A stretch of DNA of 64,000 bases from an uncultured Haliea sp. (GTDB lineage Bacteria; Pseudomonadota; Gammaproteobacteria; Pseudomonadales; Halieaceae): positions 151 through 64,150 of the forward strand of contig CAXBOW010000020.1 in the NCBI GenBank assembly GCA_963977485.1. The letters are read 5' to 3'. The notes under the pieces were generated by a model. That model did not search any database. It saw only the letters and a list, made by a program, of their open reading frames with translations, and was not told the DNA's origin. Numbering within the stretch: the stretch's first letter is position 1; each line of letters starts with the position of its first letter. This document shows, in pieces, positions 36,815 to 45,808 of the stretch. The position numbers and the translations under genes were made by a program.

Positions 36815-38152
36815 TCAGAATGGCAGGGTAAGAAAAGCACAGAGCAGGCTGCAGAGGGTCAGCGCGATTAACGAATACTTCAGGCTCCATTCGTAAGAAG
36901 CCCGGTGGGCGCTATACCCCGTGCAGCGTTCCAGCAGCAGTGAGTTGGCAGAATAAGGCGTGCCAGCAATGGTAATACCCCAGCCGGTAACCATACCCAG
37001 GCCCAACCCCAGCAAGCCATAGTCTGGCCAGATCGGCCCGAGAATACTGCCTGCGAGAGTTCCGGAAATAATCGGGTTTATCCCCACTGCACCGCCAGCA
37101 AAAAACAACCAGGGAACTGCGATAGCCACCATTGGATATGCCCACACTGGCAGACTGAAGTCCATCCCCAGCCAGGTCAGCGCGAAGACCCCGATGATTC
37201 CGCCGAGAAAGGAAGACCCGCCCATAATGACCAGTTCATTATTCATGGGCGCCAACGACGGCATGGACAAAATGCCGCCCATAAGCCGACGATAAGCCAG
37301 GCCAATGATCACAGCTGACAGACAACTAAGAGTGACAGCCTGGGAGTAAACCAGCCCGGCCTGAGAGCTCAGCGCAAAAGCCCCGGAGCAAATGAGGGCA
37401 ATAATGGCGACAAACCGGAGCCAGGGGAAAAGTGCAGATTCATGATCGTCCGGCAGCACCGCCACCTCAGCACTGGCAGGCTCCCGCTCTCGTGCGAGCG
37501 CCCCAGCGAGCAAGTAGAGGATGGCCACCGGTAAACCCACCGCAATCAACTTCCAGCTCGACAACTCTGGCAGGAAGGTAACTGTCATAACTATCGCGAT
37601 GGACAAAGGAGAGGCCATGGGCGAAGCGCCAAAGCCACGCACAACCGCCCGAGCAGCATTGCGGGCTAGCGGACTGTCGCCTTGCTCCTTGACCTGCACC
37701 CCAATCATGGTGGCTACAACGCCTACAGCTCCGAAGTTCAAGGGGATCGATAACAGTGCTGTGCCGAAGGTCATACCCAGGTAACGAACGAGGGAGTTGC
37801 CGGCAAACAGGCTGCGGGAGATAACCTTCAGATCGTCGGACTGCCCCATCACGGCGGATAACAACATGACGGTGATAATCAAAGCACCAATTCGTGCCAT
37901 GTTGCCGACAGCCGAAGGCAAAGCTGACGGCTCAATCGCGAGTGCTGTTATAGTCAGCAGGATGATCAATGAGAATATTACCTTGCCCACCAGGCGCAGG
38001 TTGCCCCAGCCCAACCCAATTGCGAGGCAGGCAAACACCGTGGCGGCCACCGCATTGCCCGGTATAGACGTGGCAATGCCGGCAGCCAGGGCCAGATAAG
38101 CCAGAATGGATCGGGGCCGGTTCAGGCCGTCCGATTGCAAAAACACCTTCAT
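36815..38152 (-). CDS. Uncharacterised polytopic membrane protein (putative carboxylate permease), paralogue of 49965-51344
   Basis: 445 aa and strongly hydrophobic throughout. It shares blocks with 49965-51344: LN(F/I)GA..V..TM; RGF(G/C)..P...P.S(I/V); PELS; and G(T/A)(P/S)P(Y/F)(S/T)A(N/S). I cannot place it in a named family. Confidence 0.75.
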   Translation of the reverse strand: MKVFLQSDGLNRPRSILAYLALAAGIATSIPGNAVAATVFACLAIGLGWGNLRLVGKVIFSLIILLTITALAIEPSALPSAVGNMARIGALIITVMLLSAVMGQSDDLKVISRSLFAGNSLVRYLGMTFGTALLSIPLNFGAVGVVATMIGVQVKEQGDSPLARNAARAVVRGFGASPMASPLSIAIVMTVTFLPELSSWKLIAVGLPVAILYLLAGALAREREPASAEVAVLPDDHESALFPWLRFVAIIALICSGAFALSSQAGLVYSQAVTLSCLSAVIIGLAYRRLMGGILSMPSLAPMNNELVIMGGSSFLGGIIGVFALTWLGMDFSLPVWAYPMVAIAVPWLFFAGGAVGINPIISGTLAGSILGPIWPDYGLLGLGLGMVTGWGITIAGTPYSANSLLLERCTGYSAHRASYEWSLKYSLIALTLCSLLCAFLTLPF

Positions 38153-38215
38153 GCGAACCCCATTCCCTATCGCTCGACGCCCACTCTTTATATTGCCGCC
38201 TTGCCAACCAGGCCC

Positions 38216-38857
38216 TCAGGCCGGCGGCAACAAGCGAGCACCGGTCAATGCCTGTACATCCTCGAACGAGTTATCGCCAAACAACTCCACGACCCGGAGC
38301 CCATCCGGCGTAACATCCATCACCGCAAGGTCGGTGTATATGCGTGTCACCACTGCAGTTCCGGTCAAAGGATAGGTGCATTCTTCGAGGATTTTCGGCT
38401 CACCCTCCCGAGTAGTGTGGCGCATCAGAACGAACAGCTTTCGGGCACCGACAGCAAGGTCCATGGCACCACCAACAGCCGGGGGAAATATATCGCTATC
38501 GGTCGCCCAGTTCGCCAGATCGCCACCGGCGGACACCTGAAATGCTCCAAGTACAGCGATGTCCAGATGCCCTCCTCGCATGATCGCGAACGAGTCTGCG
38601 TTATCGAAATAACTGCCACCCGGAAGCAGGGTTACATATTGTTTGCTCGCATTGATCAGATTGGGGTTTTCTTTACCCGGTGCAGGCGCAGGTCCGACAG
38701 CAAGGATGCCGTTCTCACTGTGATAGATAACCTGCTTATCATCAGTCACGTAGTTTGAAACCGCAGTGGGCATACCTATGCCAAGATTTACATAAGAACC
38801 ATCGGGAATATCCTGGGCCACCCTCTCAGCCATCTGTTCGGAATTAAGCCGGAACAT
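38216..38857 (-). CDS. 3-oxoacid CoA-transferase, subunit B
   Basis: 213 aa with active-site VIYHSENGILA. 14-nt overlap with subunit A. Confidence 0.9.
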   Translation of the reverse strand: MFRLNSEQMAERVAQDIPDGSYVNLGIGMPTAVSNYVTDDKQVIYHSENGILAVGPAPAPGKENPNLINASKQYVTLLPGGSYFDNADSFAIMRGGHLDIAVLGAFQVSAGGDLANWATDSDIFPPAVGGAMDLAVGARKLFVLMRHTTREGEPKILEECTYPLTGTAVVTRIYTDLAVMDVTPDGLRVVELFGDNSFEDVQALTGARLLPPA

Positions 38858-39524
38858 GATCCATCTCCTCTACGACCAACCTGTCAACGAAAATTCCCGG
38901 TGTCACCACATGTTCGGGATTCAGGTCGCCGACCTCCACCATTGAATTCACTTCAACGATAGTTACACGTGCCGCAGTCGCCATCATCGGGTTAAAATTC
39001 CGCCCGGCAGTGTCGTACGTCAAGTTGCCCCATTGGTCACCGCACTCCGCCCGCACCAGTGCGTAATCAGCAGGCAAAGGCAACTCCAGGACATAGCCTT
39101 TGCCATCAATGACTTTGGTTTCCTTTCCTTCCGCAAGCTTGGTGCCATAACCGGTTGGCGTCAGAAAACCGCCTATCCCGGCGCCGGCAATCCGAATGCG
39201 TTCACTTAAAGTACCCTGAGGCACCAGTTCCAGCTTTACAGAGCCCTCTTCATAACGCTTTTCAAACCACACGGAGCCGGCCGAACGGGGGAAGGAACAA
39301 ACAACCTTGCTCACCAGTCCATCCCTAAGCAAGGAGGCGATACCTTCCTCTGCCACACCGCAATTGTTCGAGATTATAGTGAGCCCCCTGGCCCCATGCT
39401 GGCGTAGCGCTTCAATCAGGTTTAGCGGAATGCCTGAACTACCGAAGCCACCGATCATGACCACCGCTCCATCAGGAATATCCGCCACGGCATCTTTGTA
39501 TGATGAAACCCGTTTATCAATCAC
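38844..39524 (-). CDS. 3-oxoacid CoA-transferase, subunit A
   Basis: 226 aa with DGAVVMIGGFGSSGIP, ISNNCG and ELVPQGTLSERIR. Confidence 0.9.
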   Translation of the reverse strand: MIDKRVSSYKDAVADIPDGAVVMIGGFGSSGIPLNLIEALRQHGARGLTIISNNCGVAEEGIASLLRDGLVSKVVCSFPRSAGSVWFEKRYEEGSVKLELVPQGTLSERIRIAGAGIGGFLTPTGYGTKLAEGKETKVIDGKGYVLELPLPADYALVRAECGDQWGNLTYDTAGRNFNPMMATAARVTIVEVNSMVEVGDLNPEHVVTPGIFVDRLVVEEMDHVPA

Positions 39525-39552
39525 AGCAAATCACCTTTCGTAAAAAACCTGG

Positions 39553-41505
39553 TTAACGATGGAGCACCGGTGTAGCTCTCCGGTTCAGGAGCCCCTGTCC
39601 TGCGTACATCACCGCTATAACCACCAGCCCCAGGATTTCGGTAACCAGGTCTGGATAAATCATCAGTCCTCCGGCGACCAACGACATCACCCGCAAGGGC
39701 CACGCAATAACGCCCACCCTGTAAAGATAACCTTCCATGGCTGAGGCAATCAGCCAGATCGCGGTGACTGCAGTCGCTGCCGACATCAAGATGCGTGGCA
39801 GGTCTCCCTGCAAAATAAGGGACGGGTTAAGTACGAACAGGAACGGCAGAATAAAGAGAATTCCGCCGAGTCGCATGGAATACAGACCCGTCTTTGTTGC
39901 ATTCGCGCCAGCCACGCCGGCGGCTGTTATCGCAGCCAGGGAAACAGGTGGCGTGATGTAGGACAGCATGCCCCAGTACAAAATGAACAGATGGCTCGCC
40001 AGCGGATTCAGCCCTGCATTTACCAGGGCCGGGGCCAGCAGGATAGACAGGAAGATATAGCAGGCACTGACCGTCATCCCCATGCCGAGTATAAAGCTGG
40101 TCACCGCCCCAGCCGCCAACATCAGCGGGACGCTGCCATCAGCATACAGCAGCAATTCACGGGAAAACGCCCCCGCTACACCAGTATAGGAAAGCCCGCC
40201 AACCACTAATCCGATACCCGCCAGAATCGCCACAAGGTTGGCTACGTTGGTCGTCAGATCCCGGATGAACAGCTTCGCGCGGGTAAAGTTCATGCGGTAC
40301 TTCCGCTTGAACACCGAAACACCCAGCAGCACCAAGGAAGCGTAATAGGGCGCATAGGCCTCAAGCCGCATAACCAGAAGCATGTATATCAACATGACAA
40401 GGGCGAACAGGTAGGGCCACCCCTCTTTCAGGGTTTCTTTCAGGCTCGGGATCTCACTTTCCGGCAAGCCTTTCAATCCGCGCTTTGCGGCGTAGTTGTC
40501 TACCTGAAAAAGCAGCGCCAGATAAAACAACAAGGCGGGCAAAAACGCCGCAATCATGATTTCGGCGTAAGCCACACCAAGGAACGACGCCATGATAAAT
40601 GCTACCGCACCCATAACCGGAGGCATCAAAGTACCACCTGTGGATGCGCAGGCCTCAACCGCCGCAGCATAATGAGCCGGGTAACCGGTTTTCTTCATGG
40701 TGGGAATGGTAATAGGACCTGTGGTCAGAATGTTTGAAATCACACTACCAGACAGGCTGCCCAGGATACCGCTGGACAAAACCGACACTTTGGCCGGACC
40801 ACCGCGGCTCCGACCCATAAGGGCAGTAGCAAACTTCATAAAGAACTCACCACCTCCGGTGATGGTCAGAGCGGCACCAAAAACCACGAAACCGATGACC
40901 AGTTGTGCCACAACCTGCATGGGTATGCCGATCACACTTTCCACACCGATCACGTGAGCACGGATAATCTCCGGCAGCGTATATTCATTACCCCAGAGGA
41001 AACCCGGCATACTGCCGGCATAAAGCGGATAAGTGCCAAAGAACAGCGCAACGAAGAGCAGTGGCCAGCCGCCACACCGCCGAACACCTTCCAGAATCAT
41101 CAATAACAGCACGGCGGAAGATACGGTTGCTTCCAGCGGGGCCTCAAACTCCCACCCTTGCTGAATCATAGTCAGCCCATAAAACCCCAGATACCCACAG
41201 GAGGCCATTGCCAGCAACCCCAAAACCCAGTCATACCAAGGTATTTTTTTGCCGGCACCCGGCCAGGCAGGAAAACACAGAAATGCCGCAGCCAGAAAGA
41301 TACCAATCAGGTAGTACAGGTAAGAGTTCCCCAGCGGCTGAAACCCCAGAATGGAGAGATTGAAGGTCTGGTTGATCGCCATCAATAAACCCGAACTGCC
41401 TAACAGAAGGACAGCCCAATAGCCGGCACCCTGGAGACGCCCTTTAGGGGTGTCGCCGGGAACGGATGGAGCAGTTGGGGCAGAGGCGCCCGGAGAAGAT
41501 GTCAT
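39553..41505 (-). CDS. TAXI-type TRAP transporter fused permease (DctQ-DctM fusion)
   Basis: 650 aa and polytopic. The size and its adjacency to a TAXI-type binding protein are typical of fused TAXI permeases. Confidence 0.85.
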   Translation of the reverse strand: MTSSPGASAPTAPSVPGDTPKGRLQGAGYWAVLLLGSSGLLMAINQTFNLSILGFQPLGNSYLYYLIGIFLAAAFLCFPAWPGAGKKIPWYDWVLGLLAMASCGYLGFYGLTMIQQGWEFEAPLEATVSSAVLLLMILEGVRRCGGWPLLFVALFFGTYPLYAGSMPGFLWGNEYTLPEIIRAHVIGVESVIGIPMQVVAQLVIGFVVFGAALTITGGGEFFMKFATALMGRSRGGPAKVSVLSSGILGSLSGSVISNILTTGPITIPTMKKTGYPAHYAAAVEACASTGGTLMPPVMGAVAFIMASFLGVAYAEIMIAAFLPALLFYLALLFQVDNYAAKRGLKGLPESEIPSLKETLKEGWPYLFALVMLIYMLLVMRLEAYAPYYASLVLLGVSVFKRKYRMNFTRAKLFIRDLTTNVANLVAILAGIGLVVGGLSYTGVAGAFSRELLLYADGSVPLMLAAGAVTSFILGMGMTVSACYIFLSILLAPALVNAGLNPLASHLFILYWGMLSYITPPVSLAAITAAGVAGANATKTGLYSMRLGGILFILPFLFVLNPSLILQGDLPRILMSAATAVTAIWLIASAMEGYLYRVGVIAWPLRVMSLVAGGLMIYPDLVTEILGLVVIAVMYAGQGLLNRRATPVLHR

Positions 41506-41575
41506 GTGATACCCCGAAAAACATAGAAAAGTGGCACATCACCTGCGCCACTTTCCTCAAGCTATGAAGAAACGA

Positions 41576-42745
41576 TTACAGCGAGTCCAGTGCCTGGGTA
41601 CGATGCTTTTCCCAGATCTCGGCAAACTCGTCATCACTTTTACCCTCTGCCTCTTCAACTGCTTTAGGCCAAGCCGCCAACAGAACATCAAGGCGTTTGA
41701 TACGAGCATCGTTCCAAGCCTGAGCCTCGTCAGTCCAGACTCCGATTTCTTTCAGGTAACGGATGGCGCCTTCGTGAAAGGGGACATCTATAGCTGGCGT
41801 TCCAGACAGCTTGATATCCCAACGAGGCATTGCTGCAGTAGCATCCTTGTACATAGGGTAGGTTTCATCCACAGCTTTGAGCATATTGTAAACCTTGTCC
41901 GCATCCTCATTGGCACGAACCACCAGTACCGGATAACGATAGGACATGATGTCCACCGGGTTCTCTTCGCTGATGCCCGCGCCAAGAGTCTCGGTGAATG
42001 GTGCCAGGAAAGGAGTGGTCTTGTTCAGATTTGCCCAGCCTTCCTTGTCATCCTTCGGTACGTCCAGCCAGCGAATGCCACGCGGCGATTCAGCAAGTTC
42101 ATAAACGTGACTTGGCGTGGTGGTGGTACAGGACGCATCTGCCTCACCCCGTGCCAGAGAGCTCATGGCACTCGCATAGGTAGGAAACATGACTGCTTCC
42201 ACATCATCTCGGGTCAGGCCGGCAAAGCTCAGAAGCGCATCGCACTTGACGTTGATGGAAGGGTTACCCGCAACATACGCAAAACGCCTGCCTTTCAGCT
42301 CTGAAAGCGTCTTGATATCTGCATCTTTCGCGGTGAAAACACCAATGGAGGACGGGCGGCCAGCCATCGCACGAAAGTTCTGTGGGCCCCAGCGGCGAGT
42401 AGAAAAGTCATAGATGCCCTCTGCCGCAAAAAAGGTTTCTGTAGCCAAAAAACCGACATCAGCGCGACCGCTTATCAGTGGCTGCAGACGTCCGATAGCG
42501 GATCCCGATGGCTGAATCCGGATGCGGGTGCCGTATTTTTTCCCGAAAGCATCGGCAATGGCGGAAGCTTCAGCGTAGCCCGCAGACCCGACGTCGTAGG
42601 CAGACCATGTCATGGTGTCTGGCAGTTCCGCTTCAGCAGCAGCCGTTGCGCTGATACCCACCACCATGGCGGCGGCGCATACGGCGCTGGCGAGGGGACG
42701 GAATAATCTTGCTGTTCGAGGTGTCATAGTGAGTCTCCGGATCAT
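41576..42745 (-). CDS. TAXI-family TRAP substrate-binding protein with a roughly 55-aa C-terminal extension
   Basis: Signal-like N-terminus (...ISATAAAEA) and ...IQPSGSAIGRLQPLISGRADVGF, which resembles the TAXI block TGGS.eN..ll..GeaD.a. The acidic helical tail DEAQAWNDARIKRL...EKHRTQALDSL lies beyond the usual domain end. Confidence 0.75.
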   Translation of the reverse strand: MIRRLTMTPRTARLFRPLASAVCAAAMVVGISATAAAEAELPDTMTWSAYDVGSAGYAEASAIADAFGKKYGTRIRIQPSGSAIGRLQPLISGRADVGFLATETFFAAEGIYDFSTRRWGPQNFRAMAGRPSSIGVFTAKDADIKTLSELKGRRFAYVAGNPSINVKCDALLSFAGLTRDDVEAVMFPTYASAMSSLARGEADASCTTTTPSHVYELAESPRGIRWLDVPKDDKEGWANLNKTTPFLAPFTETLGAGISEENPVDIMSYRYPVLVVRANEDADKVYNMLKAVDETYPMYKDATAAMPRWDIKLSGTPAIDVPFHEGAIRYLKEIGVWTDEAQAWNDARIKRLDVLLAAWPKAVEEAEGKSDDEFAEIWEKHRTQALDSL

Positions 42746-42969
42746 TGTTGTTGTGTATTGCTCGATGATAAGCCCACCGCAGACCCCCTGCCTGCCGTGC
42801 CGAGCAACCTGCCATCGTTCAAATGGCCAGCCTGCTCAAGCTAAACCGGCCACCTTAGTCAGTCAATGTCTTTTCTATAATTACACAAACAACTATTCTA
42901 TATATCCGATACCGTTATTATATACCTTATGCCAACACTCCCTTACATGGGCAACTGCGGTCTGTCCGT

Positions 42970-44277
42970 TCAATACATCAGCGACGGCAGGAACAGGGAT
43001 ATCTGAGGAAAAAACATCAACAGAGCAAGCACCACAGTTTCTGCTGCCAGAAACCACAGTGTACCCCGGACAATGGCGCTGAACGGAACAGCATCACCCA
43101 CTCCGGCGCTCACCACAAACAGGTTAAGCCCTATCGGCGGCGTCAGCAGGCCTATTTCAATAAACTTGACCACCAGCACCCCAAACCAGATCACATTGAT
43201 ATCAAAGGCAATAACAAAAGGCGCCAGCACCGGTAACGTAACCAGCATCAAACCGATCGGATCCAAAAACATACCGAGAATAATATAAAAAACTGTAACA
43301 ATAAGAAGAAATATCCATAGCGACAAAGCATAATCATCAACCCAAAGGCCAATGTTCATGGGAATCTGACTCAGAGTCAGCATCCGGCTGAATAACACGG
43401 CGCCAATAGCAATCAGAAAAATAGAAGCGGTGCTTTTAACGGTCTCCGAGACCGCCAGCCTGAGCGCCGCCCAACTGAACGATCGTTGTACGACAGCCGC
43501 TATAATGGCGATAAAGGCACCGAACGCGCCTGCCTCAGTCGCTGTGACGGTTCCGGTATACAACCCGCCAACCACGCCTGCGACAATGACCGGCAGCGGC
43601 CATGATTTCACCAGGAGTAGCACTTTCTCGGATCGTGTAAAGGTCTCGGTGGTAACCGGTGCCAACGCCGGGTTCATTTTTACCCGGACGATAATGAGTA
43701 GCGAGTAGGCCACCATGGTCAGCAGCCCCGGAATAATACCGGCCATCAGCAACTGGCCAACCGACGCTTCCATGAAAACGGCATAAAGTACAAAAGGAAT
43801 GCTGGGAGGTATAAATGCTCCCAAGGTGCCCGACGCTGCCACTACGCCGGTGGCTAGCCCCGGATCATACTTTGCCCGGAGCATTTCCGGCACCGCCAGC
43901 CTCGACATTGCACCCGCCATTGCCACGCTCGAACCACTAGCCGCGGCAAAACCTGCGCTAGAAACATTGGTGGCAATAGCCAACCCTCCGGGCAAAAAAC
44001 TCAGCCAGGCTTTGCCTGCATCGAACAACGTTCGGGTAAGCCCGGTGTGAAAGGCTATAGCACCCATCAGAATGAACATGGGGATGGCCGTGAGAGACCA
44101 GTGGGCAATGAACTGAAAGGTTGTTGACCCCATTAAAGAGAACGCTGCATCCATACCGCGGAGGGCAAAAATGCCGGTAAAGGCCGTCATCCCCAGCGAA
44201 ACCCCGATAGGAATTCGCATGGAAAGCAGTACCAGCAGCAAGCCAATACAGGCCAGACCGATCTGGATATTACTCAT
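42970..44277 (-). CDS. dctM: TRAP transporter large permease (DctM family)
   Basis: MSNIQIGLACIGLLLVLLSMRIPIGV... The ATG at 44277 overlaps the dctQ stop (ATGA). The track ORF extends spuriously to 44379. Confidence 0.9.
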   Translation of the reverse strand: MSNIQIGLACIGLLLVLLSMRIPIGVSLGMTAFTGIFALRGMDAAFSLMGSTTFQFIAHWSLTAIPMFILMGAIAFHTGLTRTLFDAGKAWLSFLPGGLAIATNVSSAGFAAASGSSVAMAGAMSRLAVPEMLRAKYDPGLATGVVAASGTLGAFIPPSIPFVLYAVFMEASVGQLLMAGIIPGLLTMVAYSLLIIVRVKMNPALAPVTTETFTRSEKVLLLVKSWPLPVIVAGVVGGLYTGTVTATEAGAFGAFIAIIAAVVQRSFSWAALRLAVSETVKSTASIFLIAIGAVLFSRMLTLSQIPMNIGLWVDDYALSLWIFLLIVTVFYIILGMFLDPIGLMLVTLPVLAPFVIAFDINVIWFGVLVVKFIEIGLLTPPIGLNLFVVSAGVGDAVPFSAIVRGTLWFLAAETVVLALLMFFPQISLFLPSLMY

Positions 44278-44780
44278 TGCCCTACCTCCCGGAGTTCGCC
44301 ATGGCGACTGCCCCAACCAAGGCGAAACAGATACAAGACCGATAGCAAGGAAAAGACAATTCCTGCGACCGCAATCCACCGCGAAGGCCAGACCGGCAAC
44401 TCCAGGAAAATCGCATCGACGGTTTCACTGCGGGTCCAGCTTTTGACCGCCTGAAGATAGAGGCCGTAGGAGAAAATCGCGAAATACACCGCCATAACCA
44501 CCAGGCCGATCACCTCGACGACCCGGCGAACCTTACCCTTGAAAAACTGGGCCACTACATCCACCCGGATATGGCCGTCTTCTGTGGTGCAGGCGAAGAT
44601 TCCCATGAAAACCGCAGCGACCATGTAGTAATAGGTCACTACTTCCATCGTGCCCGGAATATGCAGGCCGAACCCTACCCGCAACAATACTTCTGCGGTT
44701 ACGTGTAACATCATGAGGACGATAAGCACCCCTACCACCAGTGCTGTCCATTCGCTGAATTTTTTAAAATACCTGCCCAC
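44274..44780 (-). CDS. dctQ: TRAP transporter small permease (DctQ family)
   Basis: 168 aa with 4 hydrophobic segments. Confidence 0.85.
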   Translation of the reverse strand: MGRYFKKFSEWTALVVGVLIVLMMLHVTAEVLLRVGFGLHIPGTMEVVTYYYMVAAVFMGIFACTTEDGHIRVDVVAQFFKGKVRRVVEVIGLVVMAVYFAIFSYGLYLQAVKSWTRSETVDAIFLELPVWPSRWIAVAGIVFSLLSVLYLFRLGWGSRHGELREVGQ

Positions 44781-44790
44781 GACACACCTC

Positions 44791-45786
44791 TTATCTTGTT
44801 GTTATAACGACTTTTCCGATTGAGCGACGACCAACAACACAGTCAATAGCCGCTTCAAAATCGTCCAGGGTGTAGACCTCTGGCTGTTTGATGGCGAGAT
44901 TGTTGTCTGCTTCATTGAATAGCCAGGCCATCAACTTCTTAACCTGGCGAGCAAATTCGTGTCTGCGGTCCTGCTTACCCCACCCGACATATTCCGAAAA
45001 GTTCACCCCGAAGAGACTGATGTTCTTTACCAGCAGTAGATTGACCGGAACAACGGGGATATCGCCACTGGCAAAACCGAGGGAAAGGATACTGCCTTCG
45101 ATAGCAGTGCAGCGGATCAGCCGTTCAAACACTTCGCCTCCGACCGGATCAAAAACCAGATCCGCTCCCCGGCCATCAGTAAGCGATCTGACGCTGTCAA
45201 TCAGATCATCCGCAGAGTAATCAATAACGTGAGAGGCCCCAGCGGCAAGGGCCGCGTCCCGTTTCAGCTCAGAACTTGCGGCGCCAATCACCGTAGCGCC
45301 CCTGAGCCGGGCCACCTGCACCGCAGCCAGACCGAGCGCACCTCCCGCTCCGGTTACCAGTACAGTCTTGCCCGGACCCACACCGCCACGCTCCAGTGCC
45401 GTTGCGGCGGTGCCAAAAGACAGCGGCACTGATACAGCTTTCACCAAAGGTAAGCCCGGAGGAAGCGGATAAACCGTTGCCGGGTCGACCACGACTTCAT
45501 CACCGTAAGCGCCCGCATCGACAATCGCGGCCACCGGATCACCGGGTTTAAACTCCGACACGCCCTCACCACACTCCAGAACGTATCCGGACACCTCTGT
45601 GCCGGGGATAAACGGCAACGACATCTTGCGTTGATACTTGCCAGCAACCATCAACGATATGGCATAACTGACACTGGCGAAGTGAACGGCAATCCGCACA
45701 CATCCCGGTTTCATTTCAGGGGCGGCGACCTCAGCAAGCCTGAGATCCTGATAGGAGGAGAACTGCTCACAAATAACTGCACGCAT
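44791..45786 (-). CDS. NAD(P)H-dependent medium-chain dehydrogenase/reductase, quinone-oxidoreductase (QOR)-like
   Basis: MRAVICEQF..., PFIPGTEVSGYV and VLVTGAGGALGLAAVQVARLRGA. ATG 45786 has AGGTGG upstream. Confidence 0.85.
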   Translation of the reverse strand: MRAVICEQFSSYQDLRLAEVAAPEMKPGCVRIAVHFASVSYAISLMVAGKYQRKMSLPFIPGTEVSGYVLECGEGVSEFKPGDPVAAIVDAGAYGDEVVVDPATVYPLPPGLPLVKAVSVPLSFGTAATALERGGVGPGKTVLVTGAGGALGLAAVQVARLRGATVIGAASSELKRDAALAAGASHVIDYSADDLIDSVRSLTDGRGADLVFDPVGGEVFERLIRCTAIEGSILSLGFASGDIPVVPVNLLLVKNISLFGVNFSEYVGWGKQDRRHEFARQVKKLMAWLFNEADNNLAIKQPEVYTLDDFEAAIDCVVGRRSIGKVVITTR

Positions 45787-45808
45787 AACTGAAACCACCT
45801 CTGTTTAG

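Noticed and set aside
38216-39524. Reading the A/B CoA-transferases, NMO proteins, crotonases and ACAD pair as a steroid C/D-ring (IpdAB/IpdC/EchA20, ScdL/ScdK-type) degradation locus
   Set aside because: Both A/B pairs have the normal size (about 215-230 aa) and the (S/T)ENG motif of genuine 3-oxoacid CoA-transferases, and each sits with a transporter. The NMO genes are in unrelated operons. No KstD/KshA/Hsa-type or HIP-ligase context is visible. The families overlap but the organisation does not.
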